A DNA stretch of 63,048 bases, the filler included, from Octopus bimaculoides (lineage: Eukaryota), in NCBI RefSeq assembly GCF_001194135.2. It is 6 parts of 6 records of this genome, joined end to end, with 100 filler letters (N's around TTAATTAATTAA, not from the genome) between each part and the next. Parts side by side here need not be neighbours in the genome. Positions count along the whole stretch, not along the records: positions 49,109 to 58,829 come from NC_068987.1; positions 58,930 to 61,786 come from NC_068992.1; positions 61,887 to 63,048 come from NW_026356850.1; 3 more parts are not named here. The stretch is one strand, 5' to 3'. The notes below the pieces were generated by a model. That model was given only the letters and a program-made list of their open reading frames with translations, was not told the DNA's origin and ran no database searches. This document shows, piece after piece, positions 52,541 to 63,048 of the stretch; positions within the stretch are counted from its first letter, which is position 1, and each line of letters begins with the position of its first letter. A program made the position numbers and the translations under genes.

Positions 52541-52799
52541 ACATACATACATACATACATACATACATACATAAATACATACATAGGTACGTACATTTAC
52601 CCTAGCGGTGGTCTTCCCTTGGGCATGTGAACTTTCTCCAGCACCCACTATACGACCTTGGAGGGCCCGTACCCTCCCCTGCTGCCGTTAGTTAGACTAC
52701 TGGAACTTCAGTTACTATGACAAGATTTAGGATGAAAACTGGAATCCTTGGTAAGTGGGATTTGAACTCAGAATGTAGGGAGCCGGATGCACCAACGAT

Positions 52800-52925
52800 T
52801 TTGCCTCTGTCGCTGAGTAACGTGAAATGTAATGTTTTGATCAACAAGACAAAGCGCCACCCGGTCTGCGAATCGAACCGAGAACTTAGCGATGGTGAGT
52901 GCAACACCCTAACTTCTAGGCCACG
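52800..52925 (-). mobile_element. SINE family 4 head, diverged
   Basis: CGAATCGAACCGAGAACTTAGCGATGGTGAGTGCAACACCCTAACTTCTAGGCCACGC. Confidence 0.6.
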
Positions 52926-53090
52926 CGTCTTCACACATGCCTCACACACACACACATACACACACACACACAAGCACACACTTACGCATGCACACATACA
53001 CACACACACACACACACGCATACACACACACGCATACACACACATACACTTATATACTGCGTATGTAAGTACAGAAATGGTAGACAGACC

Positions 53091-53170
<80 letters not shown>

Positions 53171-53476
53171 TGTTTCTTTATTAGCCACACTGGTCTGAAC
53201 ACAGAGGGGATAAGGTAAAAGCTTTGCTGTTACATCTGTTAGCATCCCTGTATATTTCTGTGGTGGGCGAAGAGTTTTTCTAAAAACATCAAAAATCACG
53301 TCTCATCTGTGTCACGTCTCAACTATGTCACGTCTCATCCCTGCCATACACAAGTATCTCAATTTGGTAAATGTTTAACATACTCTGTCCGTCTGAGGTA
53401 GAGGACCACGAATTACACCGATTTAGAAAACACCAAACACTTACATTCGTCTTAGTTGTATTATTTAACACTGTGA

Positions 53477-53850
53477 TGTGGAGGCGTAATGGCCCAGTGG
53501 TCGCGGTCATAGGATGGCAGTTTTGATTCCCAGGCCGGGCGTTGTGAGCGAAAACACCTAATGCCCCACGAAGCTCCGGCAGGCGGTGGTGGCGGGCGAA
53601 CCTTGCTGTATTCTTTCACCAGAACTTTCTCTTACTCTTTCTTCCTGTTTCTGTTGTACCTGTGTTTCAAAGGGCCAGCCTTGTCACACTGAATCTCCCC
53701 GAGAAATTCGTTCACGGTACGCGTGTCTGTGGATGAAAAGATGAAAGGCAAAGTCGACTTCGGAGGAATTTGAACTCAGAACGTAAAGACAGACGAAATG
53801 CCGCTCAGCATTTTGCCCGGCGTGCTAACGGTTCTGCCAGATCGCTGCCA
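53477..53850. mobile_element. SINE family 3 (+, 53477-53730) truncated at a family 2 copy (-, 53730-53850)
   Basis: Matches 17888-18271 and 478-677 respectively. Confidence 0.75.
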
Positions 53851-54150
53851 ACGTCATAAATAATATGACAATACACTGTTGTGTTATGACATTTTATACG
53901 ACTAAATATTTATCGTATTATTGTCGTTTATATGCCAATGTGTTATGCGATGTCCCTTGTTTAAAAAGTATAACATTTTTATTTCATATGAATTATTCCA
54001 TTCATGTATCAGACGGAAATTTTAGTAATATTAACTATACTTAATTTAGCAGTACTTTAATTAACAGTAATCAACATGAGTAATATTAATCTCTCATTTA
54101 TTACAATTAGCGAACCAAATTGCCTCTCTGGCGATTCCTTATACTTACAG

Positions 54151-54290
54151 AATGGAATAACTTCGGTCGTTGTATAGCAGACACGGTTAAAATATTTCGA
54201 TGTAAAAGTCAACAGAGGCTGGCAGTGGCGAAGTTGGCAATGGCGGAGTTTATAGACTTCAAAAGACAACTGCTAACAAAGTTGCTTTAA
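54151..54290 (+). CDS. Candidate terminal exon xWNNFGRCIADTVKIFRCKSQQRLAVAKLAMAEFIDFKRQLLTKLL*
   Basis: ttccttatacttacag| acceptor. The pattern FGxxIAxxL..R..AK resembles the C-terminal motif of MADF/BESS-type proteins. Unverified. Confidence 0.22.
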
Positions 54291-54606
54291 AGTAGGAATT
54301 GGACGAGTTTAATGAAAATTAAATTGTTTCTAATCAGTCTGATGACTTTAATTTAATGTGTGAACACCGTAATTATCAGATTCACAAATTGGTGATCGAA
54401 CAGAGATCAATAGATCAGAGAAATATACAGATTAGGAATGTATGTTTATATAAGATATAAAATGACATTGCACGTGTCTTGTTGTTGTTGCTGTTGCTGC
54501 TGCTGCTGCTGTTGTTGTTGTTTACCACTTGACGAGGTTTCACTTAGTTTTATTGTCAACGAAATTCCAGCCTGTGACCGTTCCTTATTTTCTCTGGCAC
54601 ATTCTG

Positions 54607-54642
<36 letters not shown>

Positions 54643-54744
54643 ACGCATACACAGAAACACGCACACACGCACACATACGCACGTACAAATAGACATACAC
54701 ACACACACACAAACACACTCATCTATACATACATATATATATGC

Positions 54745-54775
<31 letters not shown>

Positions 54776-56213
54776 CACACGCACACATATATATGTATAT
54801 ATGTATACGTACATACATATGTGTGTGTGCGTGTGTGTGTATTTATATACAAATATATATATAAGCATATATATATATAAGCATATATATATATAAGCAT
54901 ATATATACCTGTATACATGTATACTTGTGTGAGTGTGTGTGTGTGTGTGTGTATGTGAGATGGTGTACTAAAACTTTAAATCGCAATTTTTTTTCTCTTC
55001 TTTAAACACCAGTTAGAGACCACTGCATAATTATTCCAGAAAATGCGTTTATGGGGGCGGGGGGAACATTGAGTGACAAATAGAAGAGTAAGACAGCGGG
55101 TGATCATAGGAGGTGCTAGAAACAAAAGTTAAATTTCCCTTAAATCATACACACTTTTCGTCTGAAAATTATTTTGAAATTATAAACAGAAGCAAATTAC
55201 AGATTCTGACTGTTCATATTTTAAAACTATGATTTAAAAAATATTTGGGATAAAATCTGAAATGTTAGGATTCATGGAGGGGCGGGGTTAAGGAGAGGAT
55301 TGTAATGGTATCCATCGATTTCCAAAGTTTTGGAAAAAACCTTCAAGTCTTCACCCTTCGTTTTTAACTGCGTAATGAGAAGGATGGTGAAAGAATTCCT
55401 AAATCTTCACAGCTGGCACAAGGAAAAAAATGAAAAGAATCTTTAATAGACCAAGTGAGAGGGCAGTAGCGTCTTACATCTAATATGAAGGAGATCAGAA
55501 ATGTAAAAAGGATTCTATGCGGGTTTAATATAACTGGAGAACAACTGTATACACCTTACACATTTAATGCTTTTGCAGTTAAACTGCGAATTAACGAGAG
55601 CCGAGTTTCTTTGTTAAAAATCACCCAGCAAAAATGTTCTGAGTCAATTCATTGGTAAGATTTTGCTACTTTCCCTAACTTTATAATTTCACAAGCTTCA
55701 CATATAATCCTTTAAGTATTTAGCTCTATCTCTCTAGTTTATAACCTCAAGCCTTCATGCATATACATACGAACACACCGACACACACACGTACCTATAT
55801 ATATATATATGCGTGTGTGCGCGCATTCATCGTTCTATGTATCGCTATGTCTCTCTCTCTATGGCTGATACCACTGACACAAACGGTGTCTGTTTTTGTC
55901 CATTCACTTAAAGGTCTACCAAATATTCTTTGCTAAAATACAGACTTTAAAAGATGTGTACTAGAATCGATAGGAACGAGGAAAAAATTTCAAGGCCGTG
56001 GCAGCAATAATGCCCCAACCAAACAACTCAAAGCAACATATATANNNNNNNNNNNNNNNNNNNNNNNNNNNNNNNNNNNNNNNNNNNNNNNNNNNNNNNN
56101 NNNNNNNNNNNNNNNNNNNNNNNNNNNNNNNNNNNNNNNNNNNNNNNNNNNNNNNNNNNNNNNNNNNNNNNNNNNNNNNNNNNNNNNNNNNNNNNNNNNN
56201 NNNNNNNNNNNNN

Positions 56214-56283
<70 letters not shown>

Positions 56284-56612
56284 GCCCCTGTTTGCGTCCA
56301 CATGTTTATTTGAAAATGTTAGTATGTGTGTGATGTGTTCACATCTGATTATATGTATATTGGACTTTCTCTCTCGCTCTCGCTCTCTCTCTCACTGTAC
56401 ATGTGTGTACGTGTGACTGTGTGTGTGCGCGTGCGTGTGTCTGTGAATGTCATTTGGTTGTATATGTCCCATCCAGTAATAGAATAGGTGAACGCCCCTT
56501 ATTAAAATTAGGCCATGAATTAAGGTTGTGGTTTCACAAAAGCCACACCTCTTCCAATCTCACTCTTAGCCTCTGCTGCATCCATCCTTTCTCTTTGTCT
56601 TAACGCCATTCT

Positions 56613-56705
<93 letters not shown>

Positions 56706-57199
56706 CACACATACACACATCGCACACGCACACACAAAAACACACGCACACACACATACACACACATAAATACATATGCATACACACACAAACACGCACA
56801 AGCACACACACATACACACACACAACCGCACCCACTCATACCGCACAAACTCACATACCACACACAGACATACACACACACACACAAGCGTACCCACTCA
56901 TACCACACACACACACGCACACACATTTCACTAACAATCTCTGTCTCTTACGGTCTATTTCAAACTTCTATCGCATGGAGACACTTGCCATTTCACATTA
57001 TTCCTTCGCCCTATGGAGGTACTCAATTTGTCAAAACACCTTTAATCAATGCAACACACCTATTTGATATTTACACACTCCATGACGCTCACTATTTCTT
57101 TCGCTTCCTGTTGACCGTCACCTGGATCAGTCATCGATTGATCGACCGACAGAAAACTCGGAGTAGCGATTAAGTGAAGAATTATTTAAAATTTGTGCT

Positions 57200-57335
57200 T
57201 GTCAACCACATGGTTCTGGGTTCAGTCCCACTGCGTGGCACCTTGGGCAAGTGTCTTCTACTATAGCCTCGGGCCGACCAAAGCCTTGTGAGTGGATTTG
57301 GTAGACGGAAACTGAAAGAAGCCCGTCGTATATAT
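57200..57335 (+). mobile_element. SINE family 1, partial
   Basis: AACCACATGGTTCTGGGTTCAGTCCCACTGCGTGGCACCTTGGGCAAG...GAAGCCCGTCG. Confidence 0.85.
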
Positions 57336-57344
57336 GTATATATG

Positions 57345-57380
<36 letters not shown>

Positions 57381-57405
57381 AACAAGTAATAAGAATAAGA
57401 AAATA

Positions 57406-57892
57406 GTAGTTGAAAAATATCGTTATAGGTATAAATATACCTAAAACGATTATAGAAAAATGGAGGCGGAAAAGATGTTGCATCAAAATGAGATTTAATA
57501 CAAAATAGGATTCAATATATACGTGCGTTTCAGAGGACAATACAAATATGTAAGAAAAAATAAAGAATTTTTGGAAGGACATCAAAAAAAGTTTAATAAG
57601 ATAAAGTAAATTAAAATAAGATACAATAAGGGAGAATACAATTACTTTATTTTATGAAACATTTTTTGATGTCCTTCCAAAAATTTTTCACACCGATGAA
57701 CATGACAATGCATAAATTTAATTATAATTATTATGATTATAATTTTTTTCTTAAATATTTGTATTGTCCTCTGAAACGCGCGTATGTATTGAATCCTATT
57801 TTGTATTAACTCTAATTTTGATGCAACATCTTCTCTATTTTTCTATAATTGTTTATGGTATACTTATACTTATAGCGATATTTTTCAACTAC
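57406..57892. mobile_element. Foldback/MITE-like element with nested inverted repeats
   Basis: Outer arms ~57406-57560 and ~57742-57892; inner arms ~57563-57600 and ~57648-57688. Confidence 0.8.
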
Positions 57893-58099
57893 ACATATAT
57901 ATATATATATACATACATATATATATANNNNNNNNNNNNNNNNNNNNNNNNNNNNNNNNNNNNNNNNNNNNNNNNNNNNNNNNNNNNNNNNNNNNNNNNN
58001 NNNNNNNNNNNNNNNNNNNNNNNNNNNNNNNNNNNNNNNNNNNNNNNNNNNNNNNNNNNNNNNNNNNNNNNNNNNNNNNNNNNNNNNNNNTATATAGAT

Positions 58100-58189
<90 letters not shown>

Positions 58190-58482
58190 GTCCATATGCA
58201 TACTATACATACATACGCACCCACATACATAGGTTATTTTAGCATTTATATTTCTCTAGTGGGTATTTCAGTGTTATTTAAGATTGATCTCAATTAATCA
58301 TGTCGACTTCTGGTCATCGTAGCTGTGAATATTTTAACTGATGACTAAATACTCAGCGACCATTTCTGTGATTGTAGTCTCCTCAAGACACATATACCGG
58401 ATGTCTTATTATCAACACGTGTGTCTTGATTCATATATACACACAGAGACTCACACGCACTCATATATATTAAATCACATTT

Positions 58483-58518
<36 letters not shown>

Positions 58519-58524
58519 CACTAT

Positions 58525-58556
<32 letters not shown>

Positions 58557-58929
58557 CTATATATGGATATGTATTCGTGTACATACGTACGCATATGCAA
58601 CTGTGTAGATTGACAAATGACAAAGGAGTCTTGCCATTGTGAATGAAAATGTAAAAGGCTGTGCCACCCATAAATAATCAGCCAGTTCTATGGGAACGGC
58701 CCCCTCTTCCCAAAAACTTCTCAATCACTCTCTGTCTGTTTCTCTCTCTCTCTCTCTTTCTCTCTCCTTCTCTCTCTTTCCCTCTCTCTCTCTCTCTCTC
58801 CTTCTCTCTCTTTCTCTCTCTCTATCTCTNNNNNNNNNNNNNNNNNNNNNNNNNNNNNNNNNNNNNNNNNNNNTTAATTAATTAANNNNNNNNNNNNNNN
58901 NNNNNNNNNNNNNNNNNNNNNNNNNNNNN

Positions 58930-59330
58930 CGGCAGACGAAATACCGCTAAGCATTTCGCCTGGCGTGCTAACGTTTCTGCGAGTTCGCCGCCTTTTGAGC
59001 AAATGCATTCTACTGTAGCTTCAGACCGACCAAAGCCTTGTGGCTTTATTTGGTAGACGGAAATTGAAAGACGCCTATCATGTATACACATTGTGTGTGT
59101 GCGCGTGTGTCTCGTTGGGTCTGCGGATGCCCCCCCCCCGCCACCAATTGACAACCTGTTCTGGTGTGCTTAAGGTTCCGTAACGTACCACTTTGGCAGA
59201 AGAAAGTGATAGAATAAGTTCTAAGCTTTGTAAAAATGTACTGGGGTGGCGTCGATTCATTTCACTTAATTCTCTTCCAGACGGTGTCCCACCATGGTCG
59301 CAGTCTGATGAATGAAGCAGGTAAAAAAAT
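58930..59330. mobile_element. SINE family 2 head (-) followed by a headless diverged family 1 copy (+)
   Basis: Matches to the other copies. Confidence 0.65.
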
Positions 59331-60462
59331 AAGTAATAAAACTGGAAACACTAGGATTTGTTAAACACTCAACACACGTAAAGAGCAAAGTAAAATGTAA
59401 ATGGAAGAATCTCTTTTGCTTCCCATTCTTTCAGTTTTGCAATTCTTAGCTAATTGGTCACGCACATTACTCTAATCTTTATTGCGATGGCGATTCAATT
59501 CTGATTTGTATGAAATTTATTTTCATGGAACTACTTACTAATCGACTGTTACTACGCTTAGTATGCTCATACACACATACACCTATATAGAGACATACAC
59601 AGACAGAAACACGCAGACACACAGACACAGACACTTGCTAACAAATGAAACACATATTTACGTATATGCATTATATATATACGAATTTATACGTATGTTT
59701 GTATATATACACACACACATATATATATACCTATATACATGATATATATATATATACATAGGCACACATATATACACATATAAATACCAATATACATCAT
59801 ATGTATATAATGTTTGTGGACCTGTGTGTACGTATGTCCTTATATAAGTATATGTATTGTGAATTGATGTTTCTGTGTGTATGTGTGCGTTTCTGTGTAT
59901 GAGCATGTGGACCGTGTGATTCAGATGGTTGTTTAAAAAAATTTGATATATTTTCGATTTTTTAATTTTCTAAGAATTTGTTCCGATATGTTTTTAAGAA
60001 AATCTTCGCTATTGCACCGTGAATATTTTGTGAAATGTATAAGACGATTCAAGATTTTGCCATTCTTTCAGAATGACATCGTTGTTAAATAATGACAGAA
60101 TATTCATTTTCATCAAAATTCCAAAATATAAAGATAATACTGTTTATTCCTCTGATTACATCAACTTGTGTTGCCCATTGTAGTAGATGCAAAATCCTGG
60201 AATCCCTAAGCCCTAGCAATTCAAAGAACGACTAGAGTTTGCAAGAGTAATAATTCCAACGCACTTTTTGAAAACTGTGGTTGAAAACTGAAGTGAGTAA
60301 GTTGAATTGGTAAGGGAAGGAAGAAAACTATACGTAGATTTGGATTCTGAAAAGAACTAAACTGATCTCAGTTCTTAGTTCACTTCTGATTAAGTCTTCT
60401 ATGGTAAACATTCATTTCACATACAGAAACACACAAACACGCACGCACGTAAGTTTACTTTC

Positions 60463-60694
60463 CAGTAATTCCTCGAATATCGCGTGTGTTACGTTCCAAA
60501 ACCACAGAAATAATTCAAATCTAAAAACGTATAAATAGCTATCGGCTGCAGAAACCCGCGATATACAGAGGATTCCTCGATATAAATATACATCCATTAG
60601 CCAGAAAAATCCGCGATGTTCTGAGTGCGCAATAGGTGAACCGTGATGTACTGAGTGCGCGATATGTGAATCGTGATATGGTGAGAGATTGGTG
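60463..60694. mobile_element. Tigger/pogo-like MITE, decayed
   Basis: Left end CAGTAATTCCTCGAATATCGCG, degenerate right end CGTGATATGGTGAGAGATTGGTG|TA, internal 30-bp tandem duplication at 60611-60670. Confidence 0.5.
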
Positions 60695-61144
60695 TACGTC
60701 TATGTACGTGAAACATAGAAAGGTATATTAGTCACAGTATATACAAACTTTTCTATATTTCAGTAGCACTTCATATTTTTTTTCTTTGTTCTGCATTATG
60801 CTCTGCTATATATAAAACACTCTACATCGATGTATTCTATAATTTGATCTCAAATTTCCTAATCACAGTTATTCAATCGTAGATACAAACACACACACAC
60901 ACACGTACACACACACATACACACACACACACACACACATACACACACATACACAAAATGCGTACACATACACACACATAAGGAAAAGAATATCGCTACA
61001 AAAGTTCCTTATCACAGTGTATTTACTTTAAGTAAGATGCAAAGATTACTGTTTTAATCTGATACTACCTCTGCTACATCATGTATCATATGTGTGTGTG
61101 TGCGTGTATGTGCATGTGTGTATACATACATATACATATAAGCA

Positions 61145-61185
<41 letters not shown>

Positions 61186-61339
61186 TCATACATATACATT
61201 CATGAATTAGTGTTGCAAGATTCCCGATGTGAAACCGTGTATTGAAACCTGATATTGCTGTATATGATGATGGTGGTTTTCTTTTTTGCAAAATAAACTT
61301 TACATAGTGCTAGATTCTCTAGTATACTTTATAGCTTAC

Positions 61340-61492
61340 TTAGGGTGAATATACTCTTGATAGTGGAGCCTTTTCCCGGATGACGCACAAAGACGCGGGA
61401 ATTGGCATTCAGTAATACACTTTTGTGGTTTTCAACACAATACATTTCTACAAGAAGCTTTCTCCTGACGGACAGCGTAGTTTTGTAGATTT
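61340..61492 (-). CDS. Candidate exon xIYKTTLSVRRKLLVEMYCVENHKSVLLNANSRVFVRHPGKGSTIKSIFTL
   Basis: tactgtag|AAATC...CCTAA|gtaagc. 153 nt, phase 1-1, only one open frame. It is the best exon candidate in the short segment between two join markers. Confidence 0.3.
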
Positions 61493-61979
61493 CTACAGTA
61501 TATATAGTATATCTACCTTTTATGAAGAGATACAAAATGATAAATGTGCGTTTGTGTATATACATATGTATCTTGAAATTTAAATACTGTTTAACAATAT
61601 ATTATTAGAAATAACTTAATCGCTATTTTATATGCTACCATTTATCTAAATTATTTAAATATGATAATATTCACTTTTCGATCGGCATATCTGTAGGTCC
61701 CTCAGTCTCTCAATCATACCTCATGGCATATATATATATATATATACTCTTGATATATATATATATACTCTTGATATATATATATANNNNNNNNNNNNNN
61801 NNNNNNNNNNNNNNNNNNNNNNNNNNNNNNTTAATTAATTAANNNNNNNNNNNNNNNNNNNNNNNNNNNNNNNNNNNNNNNNNNNNAAAGCGGACGTTAA
61901 ACGATGATGATGATGATGATGATGATACATATATATCTATTTTGATATATATATATATACATACATCACATATCACAGC

Positions 61980-62765
61980 TGCATCCTCATTACACGAAAA
62001 AAGCCATTGCCAAGAAGACTTACTGAGATGATTCATGATTGTTGCCATCTGATGCCCTTATTTGACTTTTAAGCCAAGCCAAACTTTTATGCATTTTATT
62101 ACATACCAGACAACTGTGCTGGATGGCAAGAGAAACAGGTGCAACCATATGCACTCTCTTATTATGTCTTTCTAGACCTCCAACTGAGAGGCACACCCTT
62201 CCACATTTTACGCACATTCTGTTATGAATTTTAATAGCCACATCATTGTTTATCATTGGTCAATTTCTGACAATTTTGATGGCTCACCAGGCCTGCACAA
62301 CTCAAACACCCCGCCCACAAACCACACACATAAAGAGCAACACCCTCTCGCTTTCCACAAGTTCCCCCCCCTTCTAAGCTCCCTCCTAATTCTCTCATAC
62401 TTCACTCTCTTCCTCTCAAACCTTGAACAACCATCATGCACTACCTTCCTCCATCCGTCACCGTCTTGTGCCTCCCTCTCCCAATTACCAGCTGCAATTC
62501 CTGTCTGTATTAGAGCATTTTAAAGGCAATCCTTAAACCTTACTTTAGGCCCATGTGATGGTCTCCTGCCATCTTCCAGCTCACCATACAATAGCTGCTT
62601 GGGCAGTCGCTCATCACTCATCCTTACCAAATGCCCACCACCACTTCAAACGTCTTTGCAAAATCATTGACACCATACTTCTACTGCCACTCCTCTCAAG
62701 CACCTCCCTGCTGATTCTGTATGAAATTTCACCATCAAAAACCAGCAGTGCTCAAAGTACTTCCT
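61980..62765 (-). mobile_element. RTE-clade LINE 3' portion with C-terminal C2H2-type fingers
   Basis: ISREVLERSGSRSMVSMILQRRLKW; RLPKQLLYGELEDGRRP..GPKVRFKDC; CVKCGRVCLSVGGLERHNKRVH. Confidence 0.88.
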
Positions 62766-62769
62766 AAAT

Positions 62770-63048
62770 AAATAAATCTAGACGCTATTTTCTTTCCAAG
62801 GCTCATTAAAAGATGATTTATGATTATTCAAACGTGTGCAAGCTATATAATGGACCCTAGAGAGATCATGTGTAGTAATAGTGGCTTTATATACAACATT
62901 ATTCATTTTACAATTACCTTTAACCCCACAGGTGCTAGGGTTTCTACAGCTACAATTACAATTGTTACTAATATTAGATGCACTGTAGCTGTAGAATCTT
63001 TTGAGTGGAGAAATTCTGTTGAACACACCGGCCTACCCTGTCTTTGAT
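62770..63048 (-). mobile_element. Penelope-like element, GIY-YIG endonuclease fragment
   Basis: CNCSCRNPSTCGVKGNCKMNNVVYKATITT...HYIACT...RLNNHKSSF matches the PLE pattern CNCR..CPL.G.C....VVYxA...YIGxT...NHxxSF. Confidence 0.85.

Noticed and set aside
54470-54600. PolyQ ORF on the minus strand
   Set aside because: It starts inside a (TG)n tract and has no convincing splice sites; CAA/CAG repeats are common in this window.

Overview
AT-rich, microsatellite-dense eukaryotic genomic DNA from a gapped draft scaffold. The repeat content suggests an octopus (cephalopod) genome; this is inferred from remembered repeat families and was not searched. No intact protein-coding gene or intact transposon ORF is recognisable. 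The window is a mosaic of four tRNA-headed SINE families, decayed Penelope-like elements (PLE), RTE LINE fragments, five fragments of LINEs from the restriction-enzyme-like endonuclease (REL) clades (one HERO-like, four R4/Dong-like, three of them stacked in a (TAA)n array), a Tc1 pseudogene, Helitron-like and Tigger-like non-autonomous elements and a 490-bp foldback. The main result is a set of minimal type I hammerhead ribozyme (HHR) motifs from four sequence families: seven motifs in total. The most notable is a young 452-bp insertion (45236-45687) with a 12-bp target-site duplication (TSD). It combines a tRNA-derived Pol III head with an HHR-bearing pseudo-LTR-like body and an inverted copy of that body, i.e. 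a candidate SINE mobilised by Penelope-like machinery. Five identical artificial 100-bp join markers and several low-confidence exon candidates suggest the window lies in the introns of an unidentified spliced gene.
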